The translations under genes were made by a program, and so were the position numbers. The notes under the pieces were generated by a model. The model did no database searches. It was given only the letters and a program-made list of their open reading frames with translations, and had not been told where the DNA came from. Shown here one piece after another: positions 49,892-60,960 of a DNA stretch of 64,000 bases; within the stretch, counting starts at the first letter, position 1, and every line of letters begins with the position of its first letter. The stretch is from Mustelus asterias. Its lineage: Eukaryota. The stretch spans positions 992,001-1,056,000 of the forward strand of contig NW_027590136.1 in NCBI RefSeq assembly GCF_964213995.1, written 5' to 3'.

Positions 49892-52800
49892 GAACATAGA
49901 ACAGTACAGCACAGAACAGGCCCTCTGGCCCACGATGTTGTGCCGAGCTTTATCTGAAACCAAGATCAAGCTATCCCACTCCCTATCATCCTGGTGTGCT
50001 CCATGTGCCTATCCAATAACCGCTTAAATGTTCCTAAAGTGTCTGACTCCACTATCACTGCAGGCAGTCCATTCCACACCCCAACCACTCTCTGTGTAAA
50101 GAACCTACCTCTGATATCCTTCCTATTTCTCCCACCATGAACCCTATAGTTATGCCCCCTTGTAATAGCTCCATCCACCCGAGGAAATAGTCTTTGAACG
50201 TTCACTATATCTATCCCCTTCATCATTTTATAAACCTCTATTAAGTCTCCCCTCAGCCTCCTCCGCTCCAGAGAGAACAGGCCTAGCTCACTCAACCTTT
50301 CCTCATAAGACCTACCCTCCAAACCAGGCAGCATCCTGGTAAATCTCCTCTGCACTCTTTCCAGCGCTTCCACATCCTTCTTATAGTGAGGTGACCAGAA
50401 CTGCACACAATATTCCAAATGTGGTCTCACCAAGGTCCTGTACAGTTGCAGCATAACCCCACGGCTCTTAAACTCCAACCCCTTGTTAATAAAAACTCAT
50501 ACACTATAGGCCTTCTTCACAGCTCTATCCACTAGAGTGGCAACCTTCAGAGATCTGTGGATATGGACCCCAAGATCTCTCTGTTCCTCCACAGTCTTCA
50601 GAACCCTACCTTTGACCCTGTAATCCACATTTAAATTAGTCCTACCAAAATGAATCACCTCACATTTATCAGGGTTAAACTCCATTTGCCATTTTTCAGC
50701 CCAGCTTTGCATCCTATCTATGTCTCTTTGCAGCCTACAACAGCCCTCCACCTCATCCACTACTCCACCAATCTTGGTGTCATCAGCAAATTTACTGATC
50801 CACCCTTCAGACCCCTCCTCTAAGTCATTAATAAAAATCACAAAGGGCAGAAGACCAAGCACTGATCCCTGTGGCACTCCGCTAGCAACCTGCCTCCAAT
50901 CCGAAAATTTTCCATCCACCACCACCCTCTGTCTTCGATCAGACAGCCAGTTACATATCCAATCGGCCAACTTTCCCTCTATCCCACACTCCTCACTTTC
51001 ATCATAAGCCGACCATGGGGGACCTTATCAAACGCCTTACTAAAATCCATGTATATGACATCAACTGCCCTACCTTCATCAACACACTTAGTTACCTCCT
51101 CAAAAAATTCAATCAAATTTGTGAGGCACGACTTGCCCTTCACGAATCCGTGCTGACTATCCCGGATTAATCCGCATCTTTCCAAATGGTCGTAATTCCC
51201 ATCCCTAAGGACCTTTTCCATCAATTTACCAACCACCGAAGTAAGACTAACCGGTCTATAATTACCAGGGTCATTTCTATTCCCTTTCTTAAACAGAGGA
51301 ACAACATTCGCCACTCTCCAGTCCTCTGGCACCATCCCCGTGGACAGCGAGGACCTAAAGATCAAAGCCAAAGGCTCTGCAATCTCATCCTTTACCTCAC
51401 AAAGAATCCTAGGATATATTGCATCAGGCCCAGGGGACTTATCGACCTTCAGTTTATTCAAAACTGCCAGGACATTCTCCCTCCGAACATCTATTTCCTC
51501 CAGCCTATTAGCCTGTAACACCTTCTCTTCCTCAAAAACATGGCCCCTCTCCTTGGTGAACACTGAAGAAAAGTATTCATTCATCACCTCGCCTATCTCC
51601 ACTGACTCCATACACAAGTTCCCACCACTGTCCTTGACCGGCCCTAACCTCACCCTGGTCATTCTTTTATTCCTCACATAAGAGTAAAAAGCCTTGGGGT
51701 TTTCCTTGATCCGACCCGCCAAGGGTCCCCTCGTGTCCCCTCCTAGCTCTCCTAAGCCCCTTTTTCAGCTCATTCCTTGCTAACTTGTAACCCTCAATCG
51801 AGCCATCTGAACCTTGTTTCCTCATCCCGACATCAGCTTCCCTCTTCCTTTTCACAAGACATTCCACCTCTTTCGTGAACCATGGTTCCCTCACTCGGCC
51901 ATTTCCTCCCTGCCTGACAGGGCCATACCTATCAAGGACACCCAGTATTTGTTCCTTGAAAAAGTTCCACTTTTCATTAGTTCCTTTCCCTGACAGTTTC
52001 TGTTCCCAACTTATGCCCCCTAATTCTTGCCTAATCGCATCATAATTACCTCTCCCCCAATTGTAAACCTTGCCCTGCCGTACGGCCCTATCCCTCTCCA
52101 TTGCAATAACAAAAGACACCGAATTGTGGTCACTATCTCCAAAGTGCTCTCCCACAACCAAATCTAACACTTGGCCCGGTTCATTTCCCAGAACCAAATC
52201 CAATGTGGCCTCACCTCTTGTCGGCCTATCCACATATTGTGTCAGGAAACCCTCCTGCACACACTGCACAAAAACTGCCCCATCCGAACTATTTGACCTA
52301 CAAAGGTTCCAATCAATATTTGGAAAGTTAAAGTCCCCCATGACAACTACCCTGTGACACCCACACATATCCATAATCTGCTTAGCAATTTCTTCCTCCA
52401 CATCTCTATTACTATTTGGGGGCCTATAGTAAACTCCTAACAACGTGACCGCTCCTTTCCTATTTCTAACCTCAGCCCATATTACCTGAATGTGCAGATC
52501 CCCCTCGAGTGCCTTTCCGCAGCCGTTAAACTATCCTTGATTAACAATGCCACTCCTCCACCTCTTTTACCAGCTTCCCTACACTTAGTGAAACATTTAT
52601 ACCCCGGAACGTCCAACAACCATTCCTGTCCTTGTTCTACCCACGTCTCCGTAATGGCCACAACATCGTAGTCCCAAGTACCAATCCACGCCCCAAGTTC
52701 ATCCACCTTGTTCCGGATGCTCCTTGCATTGAAGTAGACACACTTCAACCCACCTTCCTGTCTACCGGTACCCACCCTTGACCCTGATACCTTCCCCAAT

Positions 52801-54045
52801 ACCTCACCACCCTCACTGACCTCTGGACTACAACTCCTTTTCCCACTCCCCTGACAAATTAGTTTAAACCCCCCTGAAGAGCCTTATCAAATTTCCCTCC
52901 CAGGATATTGGTGCCCCTCTGGTTCAGGTGCACCCCGTCCTGTTTGTACAGGTCCCCACCTTCCCCAGAATGTGTTCCAATTATCCACGTATCTGAAACC
53001 CTCCCTCCTACACCATCCCTGCAACCACATGTTTAACTGCACTCTCTCCCTGTTCCTCAACTCGCTATCACGTGGCACCGGCAACGTACCAGAGATGGCC
53101 ACATGTTTTGTCTTGGCTCTCAGCTTCCAGCCCAGCTCCCGAAATTCCTGCTTTAAATCCCCGTCCCTTCTCTTACCTATGTCGTTGGTACCAATGTGTA
53201 CCACGACTTGTGACTGTTTCCCCTCCCCCTTAAGAATCCGGAAAACACGGTCCGAGACGTCACGGACCTTGGCATCCGGTAGGCAACATCCCATCCGTGA
53301 GTCTCTTTTGCTGCCACAGAACCTCCTATCTATCCCTCTAACTAACGAGTCCCCAATAACTAATGCCCTCCCGCTCTGCCCCTTACCCTCCCGAGCCACA
53401 GAGACGGACACAGTGCTGGAGATCCTCTCACTGCAGCTCACCACTGGTATGTCATCCCCCTCAACCGTATTCAAAGCGGAATACTTGTTGCTAAGGGGAA
53501 CGACCACAGGGGATCCCTGCACGGACTGCTTCCTCCCAGCCCCTCTCACCGTCACCCATCTATTTTCATTCCTCGGAGTAACTGTATTCCTAAAGCTTCT
53601 GTCTCTGGCCACCTCTGCATCCCTAATGATCCTAAATTCATCCAACTCCAGCTCCAGTTCCCTAACACGGTTTTGGAGGAGCTGCAGATGGGTGCACCTC
53701 CCACAGGTGTAATCAGCAGGGACACTGTCGTCGTCCCTCACCTCAAACAAAGTGCAAGAGGAACATAGCACTGCCTGCACACCCATCCCCTCTAGATACC
53801 TTGCCAGTACCAGGTACAAACAGCAAAAATGAATTAAACTGACCCCTGCTCGCCCTTTCTGCCTAAACCCTGTGAGCCAAAGCCTTATAGCTCACACTCT
53901 GCTTCCCACTCACTCCACTGCCCGCTCCCGACGCTGCCCGCTGTATACTGCAGCCTACCTTTTATACTTCGTGCGCTTAAAAAACCCTTCCCAGACTCCT
54001 TAGCAGCCCACTTCCAGTTTTCACTTTAAACTTAAGAAAAATACT
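49892..54045 (-). mobile_element. Near full-length (~4.15 kb) CR1 LINE nested in an older sense-strand CR1
   Basis: 5' UTR, ORF1 and ORF2 (NARS, ITETW, GGGVA, YRPP, GDFN, SDH endonuclease; full RT) with a few frameshifts; host CR1 sequence on both sides (~49500-49890 and ~54050-54165). Confidence 0.93.
52887..53786 (-). CDS. CR1 ORF1 protein (CxxC..CxxC, coiled coil, SGNH esterase-like domain)
   Basis: MGVQAVLCSSC..CGRC..LELELD..ALVIGDSLVR..HIGTND; frameshift near the C-terminus. Confidence 0.8.
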   Translation of the reverse strand: MGVQAVLCSSCTLFEVRDDDSVPADYTCGRCTHLQLLQNRVRELELELDEFRIIRDAEVARDRSFRNTVTPRNENRWVTVRGAGRKQSVQGSPVVVPLSNKYSALNTVEGDDIPVVSCSERISSTVSVSVAREGKGQSGRALVIGDSLVRGIDRRFCGSKRDSRMGCCLPDAKVRDVSDRVFRILKGEGKQSQVVVHIGTNDIGKRRDGDLKQEFRELGWKLRAKTKHVAISGTLPVPRDSELRNRERVQLNMWLQGWCRREGFRYVDNWNTFWGRWGPVQTGRGAPEPEGHQYPGREI

Positions 54046-54379
54046 ACTACAAAAGTAAATTGCAGCAAATAAAAATTCCTGCTGCGGGGATAACATATTG
54101 GCGCGGATAGAAGATTGGCGAACAGCAAACAGTGGGCAGAAATGGATCATTTTCTGGTTTGAGAGAGAGAGAAACCTGGGGCAACCTTTCCAGAGTCTGC
54201 ACCCTCCCTGGATTCACTTCCTTTCCCTTCAGTTGCTGCAAGTCCCCAATTTCCCCCAGAATGAGAAAAGAAATGGAAAGGGGGTTGAAAAGAAAGTGTT
54301 TTACTCACAGATGTTTGAGACAGGAGGAGGTTTGAGTCTGTCTGAAGATCAATCTTCATTCACACAAAGCCCAGGCTCT

Positions 54380-57010
54380 GATTGGCTGGAAGACCAGAGT
54401 CCTTCCAGTCCTCCAACTCTTCCCATTGGTCAACACCTCAGCATGAAGATCAGAGGGTGGGTTCTCCCCTGCACATGCGCAGCTTCCCCTCTCCCTCGCA
54501 ATGCGCAGTCCCGGGCCGGGGGGAGGGGGAGATCACCGAGCGGCTTCTTACTCTGGCCGGAGCCGTCAGCCGGTTGCCTGGAAACCTTGGCTCGATGTGG
54601 TGTAGGGGGAGGGGAACAATGGGTGGGGGAGGGGAACAATGGGTGGGGGCGGGGCTCCCGGGTCCGCGCGCCCGGGCTTGCGCACTGGAACCCGGAGACG
54701 TCACCACGGAGCAGAGTGATTCCTATTGGCTGATTCAGGCAGGGCTCCATTGTGACGTCACAATGCGGAAGTTGTTCAACGAGCTTCAGAGTGAAACTTC
54801 CTCCTCTGGACAACATCTGGGAGGAAATCAATGTTTCCCCTTTCCATTTATTTTCTCATTCTGGGGGAAATTGGGGACTTGCAGCAACTGAAGGGAACGA
54901 AGTGAATTTGGTCTGTATATTCCACACATTTCTACTCCAGTAATGTAGACATTTATCTGTCTGGCAGCCCGCATGGAAATTTTCAGCTAACTGCATCCAG
55001 GGCAAGAAGCAGTGAGCATGGATCTGTCAATCACACATGAGGACGGGCCTCAACCGGGATCTTGAGTTCATGTCACACTATCTGTAACCCCCACCACTTG
55101 CCTGGGCTTGCAAAATCTCACGAACTGTCCTGGCTGGAGACAATACACATCTCTTTAACCTGTGCTTAACCCTCTCTCCACTCACATTGTCTGTACCTTT
55201 AAGACTTGATGACCTGTAAAGACTCGCATTCCAACCATTATCTTGTAAATTGAGTTTGTGTCTTTATATACCCTGTTTGTGAACAGAACTCCCACTCACC
55301 TGATGAAGGGGCAGCGCTCCGGAAGCTTGTGGCTTGTGCTACCAAATTATCCTGTTGGACTTTAACCTGGTGTTGTGAGACTTCTTACTGTGCTTACCCC
55401 AGTCCAACGCCAGCATCTCCACACTCTGAGTGGAAACAGAGAGCAGTAGGAGAGGCTGGAGGTGAGGAGAGAGATTTTATACATCTACAACTCAACAGGA
55501 ACTTTGACAGAATTTCCAAACCCTGTGAACAACATCAGCTCCAAGTTCCTCTCCAACCCACACACCATCCTGACTTGTCTGACATCCAGCACTGAAAGAA
55601 CATAAATTTATTTCTTATAAATACTGGGAAGACTGAACCCATTGTGTTCAGTCCCCACTACAAACTCCACTCCCTCACCAACAACTTTATCTCTCCTCCG
55701 GGCAACTGTCTGAGGCTGAACCAGGCTGTTCACAACCAGGGTGAAATAGTTCATCCCAAGATGAGCTTCCAGCCACATGTCCACATCATCATCAAGACCA
55801 CCTTCATTCATAGAAGCATTAATAGTAATTAATTAACAATAATGAATAATAAAATACAGTGTAGAAGGAGGCCATTCAGCCCATCGAGCCTGCACTGACA
55901 AAAATCCCATCCAGGCCCTATCCACATATTTACCTGTTAATCCCCCTGATACCAAGTGGCAATTTATCATGGCCAATCAGTCTAACCGGCACATCTTTGG
56001 ACTGTGGAAGGAAACCAGAACACCCGGAGGAAACCCACACAGACACGGGGAGAATGTAGAAACTCTGCACAGACAGTGACCCGAGGCTGGAATTGAACCC
56101 GGGTCCCTGGCGCTGTTAGGCAGCTGCACTAACCACTGTGCCACCGGGCCACATGTCAGTGCCATCGCCCGACTCCAGCCCAGTCTCAGCTCATCTGGAA
56201 CCCTCACCCATTCCATTGTGACGTCACACTCTCACCCATTCCATTGTGACGTCACACTCTCAACCATTCCATTGTGATGTCACACTCTCACCCATTCCAT
56301 TGTGATGTCACACTCCCACCCATTCCATTGTGACGTCACACCCTCACCCATTCCATTGTGACGTCAGGGCTTCACTCTCCGACAACAATCCCTGCCGGCC
56401 TCCCACATGCAGCCTCAATGGCGGCAGTCAGCCCGGGTCTAACACTACAAGCTGCCGCTCCATTTGGTACAAAGGGGGGGACCGAGAAGTTCATTTCCGG
56501 GTTTTGGGTTTGAACAACATATTTACAAAGTCTCTCCACCCACCCGCCACATTTATCATTCCCCGCACGCCGCCCTCTACCTCGTATTGATCTTGCTTCC
56601 AAATTAAAACCGTCCGTCTGTCCGTCGCCATTACCCGCACTGCGCATGCTTCAGGTCGCGCCCCTCATTCACTCCGATTGGTTGGAGGACCAGCCGCTCT
56701 CGCTCGGTCCTCCAGTCCCGCCCCCTCTTCCTATTGGTCCGGAGCTGCCGTCAATCAGTCCCCGGGCATTGTGATGTGGAGCATGCGCAGTGTCATTGCT
56801 GGCTTTGGCGCTTGTATGTCCCGGAGAAGCGGAGTCAGCGTTAGGCGGTGGCTGGGAGGATTTGGAAACACTTTGTGGATCCGCAAACCCTTCAGAATCA
56901 TTGTCAGCTCCCTGGTTTGCAACTGCGGGGCTTCTCCCTCCCTCCCAGGAACAGGGCCAGGTGGGCGGGGAGGATTCATGAACACCCGCTGGAGGCCCCA
57001 ACACCCCCAG
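54380..57010. promoter_or_regulatory. Second, inverted copy of the ZNF bidirectional promoter, split into 54380-54800 and 56200-57010 by extra sequence (leader remnant, Penelope-like 55035-55425, SINE ~55850-56150)
   Basis: Reverse-complement match to 35905-37130; six-unit CRE array at 56200-56368. Confidence 0.75.
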
Positions 57011-57084
57011 TAAAAAGATGCAGCTCCCTGCAGTGACCAGGAGAGAAAATACCCATTAAAATAGCAATTCTCCCAATGTATTTC

Positions 57085-57396
57085 ATAGAATCTCCACAGT
57101 GCTGAAGGAGGTTATTCGGCCCATCGAGTCTGCACTGGCAACAATCCCACCTAGGCCCTATTCCCGTAACCCCACATATGTAACCTGCTAATCCCTCTAA
57201 CCTACTCATCCCAGGACACTAAGGGGCAATTTAGCATAGCCAATGCACCTAACTGGCATATCTTTGGACGATGGGAAGAAACCGGAGCATCTGGAGAAAA
57301 CCCAGGCAGACATGGGGAGAACGGGCAGACTCCACACGGACAGTGACCCAAGCTGGAAATCGAGCTGTGAGGCAGCAGTGCTAACCACTGTGCCGC
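57085..57396 (-). mobile_element. V-SINE
   Basis: tRNA-like head, V-core and CR1-like tail on the minus strand. Confidence 0.8.
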
Positions 57397-58393
57397 CTAC
57401 ATTGCTGATGAGAATTTTAATTTACTGACTTGGGAATTAATTCTCGGGAATAGTCATTCTGAAAATGACCATGAGAATGTGTTTTTAATTTACCCCATAA
57501 TGCCAGATTTCAGTTCACATTTCAAAATTGAATTGAGAATGTCTGGGAGCAAATGGTAAAATGAGGTTTGAGACACCAGCTGCAATTATTTTCTGTGACT
57601 GATGATACCTTTGTGCCTGTGCAGGAGGTAATTCCGCTGCTGTTGTGGCACAAATAAAATGGAGCCTTTCCTCGGAACAGGCCCATGTTAATGGTCACCG
57701 CGGTGTTTCATTGGTGAACAGAGCACATGTGCCTATTGTGGTAACAACAGAGTCAGTGGGGCTGCACGTCCCCTGACTTGGAAGGAAAATAATTGACTCC
57801 TTGATTGTACTCTCAATCTGTACATGGTCTGGAGGACTGAATCCAGCTGGAGGGAGAGGGAGCTGGGCTCAGAGTGGAGATGGGGCAATGAGTTTGATTT
57901 CAGCTCAGGGACAAGAGAAAGTGTGTGGGATGGGGATTACAGCTCAAGATAAATAAGATGGAGAAATGTTTCGTGGAAACTGAAATTGTCTGTTCTCAAG
58001 TAATTTTTTAAAACTCTTTTTGCAGGGAACTACAAGAGGAGGATTCACAGACAGGAAACTCAAACTAAACTTCAGGTCAAAGTCTGACAGAGCCATTCGA
58101 TTCATCATGACCTGAATATGATTGCTTTTGACAGTGGAGGGAGAAATCATTCCCTGTTTTGTCAGTGGGAGAAAATTTCAAAATTCAATGTGACAGAAAA
58201 AGAACTGAGACACACACACACACACCCAAGTGAGAGCGCTCCAGTGAACTGACTGTGAATCGAGCTTTAACCAGTAACACAGCCTGAAAAACATCACACC
58301 ATTCACAGTGGGGAGAAACCATACACATGGTCTGTATGTGGATGAGGCTTCAACTAATCATCCAACCTGGAGAGACAGAAGGACACCAGCACC

Positions 58394-59741
58394 ATGGACA
58401 AACCGTGGAAATGTGAGGATGGTGGTAAAGGATTTAATTATCCATCCCGGTTGGAAACCCATCGACATGGTCACATTGGGGCTGGGAAAATGGAGAAACC
58501 ATGGAAATGCGATGATTGTGGTAACGGATTCAATTATCCGTACTTGCTGGAAAACCATAGACACAGTCACACTGGAGAGAGGCCATTCATCTGTTCTGTG
58601 TGTGGGAAAGGATTCACTACCTCATCCCACCTGCTGTTACACCAGCGAATTCACACAGAGGGCGGCACGGTAGCACAGTGGTTAGCACTGCTGCTTCACA
58701 GCTCCAAGGTCCCGGGTTCGATTCCCGGCTCGGGTCACTGTCTGTGTGGAGTTTGCACATTCTCCTCGTGTCTGCGTGGGTTTCCTCCGGGTGCTCCGGT
58801 TTCCTCCCACAGTCCAAAGATGTGCGGGTTAGGTTGATTGGCCAGGTTAAAAAAATGGCCCCTTAGAGTCCTGGGATGCGTAGGTTAGAGGGATTAGTGG
58901 GTAAAATATGTGGGGGTAGGGCCTGGGTGGGATTGTGGTCGGTGCAGACTCGATGGGCCGAATGGCCTCCTTCTGCACTGTAGGGTTTCTATGATTCTAT
59001 GATTTCTATGATTCTATGAGAGGCCGTTCAGCTGCTCCACCTGTGGAAAGGGGTTCTCATGTTCATCCAACCTCAGTGCACATCAGCGAGTTCACACTGG
59101 GGAGAGATCGTTCACCTGCTCCTTGTGTGGGAAGGAGTTTGCTGGGCCATCCGGCCTTTGGTCACACCAGCGAATTCACACAGGAGAGAAGCCATTCACC
59201 TGTTCTGTGTGTGGTAAGAGATTCACTCTGTCATTTAACCTGCTAACACACCACCGAGTTCACATAGGAGAGACCGTTCAGCTGCACTTCCTGTGGAAAG
59301 AGGTTCAGGTCTTCATCCAACCTCAGTGCACACAGGCGAGTTCACACTGGGGAAAGGCCGTTCACCTGTTCCACATGTGGGAGGGAATTCACCAATTCAT
59401 CCGGCCTCCTGTCACATCAGCGAATTCACACTGAGGAGAAGCCATTTATTTGCACATACTGTGGAAAGAGTTTCAGGCAGTTATCAATCCTCACTGAACA
59501 TCAACGCATTCACACTAGGGAGAGACTATTCACTTGCTCCATGTGTGGGAAGGGATACACTCAGTCTGGCAGCCTGCATTTACACGAGCTCACCCACACT
59601 GGGGAGAGGCCATTCACCTGCTCTGTGTGTGGGAAGGGATACACTCGGTCATCCCACTTGCTGACACATCTGCAAGTTCACAATTGTCAGCAGGAGTTGG
59701 ATTTTGCAGTTACTGCAGCTGTTAATCACATCCAGGATTGA
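58394..59741 (+). pseudogene. C2H2 ZNF (ZNF-F) disrupted by a SINE and a frameshift
   Basis: MDKPWKC/MEKPWKC doubled first finger; SINE inserted in an HTE/ERP linker; frameshift at ~59265 (HIGET). Confidence 0.82.
58661..59016 (+). mobile_element. Young full-length V-SINE inside ZNF-F
   Basis: GGCGGCACGGTAGCACAGTGG..GGTTCGATTCCC; (CTATGATT)n tail. Confidence 0.92.
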
Positions 59742-59934
59742 TAGTCTGACAATATTTGGTTTGTTTCTGCTGACATTAACAATCGCTACAACTGGCTGAA
59801 GTTTAATATTCTGAAATGTCACTGATTTTCAGGGCTGCTTGTCCCTTTTTGAAAGCACCATCTGAGAATTTTTTAAATTCAGGAACTCTCAACAGGACCC
59901 GGCACTGCACTGGCAAAGATATTCATAGTAAGAG

Positions 59935-60510
59935 ATTGAACAACACCAGGTTAAAGTCCAACAGGTTTATTTGGTAGCAAATACCATTTGCTTTCGGAGC
60001 GCTGCTCCTTCGTCAGATTGAGTGGAAATCTGCTCTCAAACAGGGCACAGAGACATAAAATCAAGTTACAGAATACTGATTAGAATGCGAATCTCTACAA
60101 CCAACCAGGTCTTAAAGATACAGACAATGTGAGTGGAGGGAGCAATAAGCACAGGTTAAAGAGATGGAGGGAGCATAAAGCACAGGTTAAAGAGATGTGT
60201 ATTGTCTCCAGACAGGACAGCCAGTGAGATTTTGCAAGTCCAGGAGGCAAGCTGTGGGGGTTACTGATAGTGTGAGATAAACCCAAGTTCCTCATTTAGG
60301 CCGTCCTCGTGTGCGGAACTTGGCTATCAGTTTCTGCTCAGCGACTCTGCGCTGTCGTGTGTCGTGAAGGCCGCCTTGGAGAACGCTTACTCGAAGATCA
60401 GAGGCTGAATGCCCGTGACTGCTGAAGTGCTCCCCCACAGGAAGAGAACAGTCTTGCCTGGTGATTGTCGAGCGGTGTTCATTCATCCGTTGTCGTAGCG
60501 TCTGCATGGT
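59935..60510 (-). mobile_element. Penelope-like element 3' end: GIY-YIG endonuclease C-terminal part and terminal repeat
   Basis: LRQRMNEHRSTI..PVGEHFSSHGHS..RRVAEQKLIAKF, typical of PLE endonucleases. Confidence 0.85.
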
Positions 60511-60960
60511 GCTGGCAGCTAATTAGTGGAAAGTATCACTCGTGTAACCACGACATAGTCGCAGAATGAAACAGATTAGTGTTCCCTCTGTATTGTGCAG
60601 CCTTGTGATTGTGCTAAAGGCCATCACTTTCAGATCTGAAAAGTGCCTGGGTCAAGGTCAAATTACCCCAGAAAGGGACATTTTCTCTCAAATCTGAAGC
60701 AACAGGTGAAGCAAATCATTTCACACTGAAACACATCTTCAACGTTGCGGTAGTTTGTTCAGTTACACACTTGGTGGTCACGTGACTCTGGTTGGAGCAA
60801 TCCTGAGCCTCATTGGAGGGATTCCTCACATGAGCCGAGTTTGAGGAGTGTATCTCTGGCCTCCAGTGATGCAGCCGCTGAATCTATTCCTGGAATAAAC
60901 ACATTTGGAATATTGTGATAACGCTGTCTGAATCCATCAGGACAATTTTGTATTCAAGTG

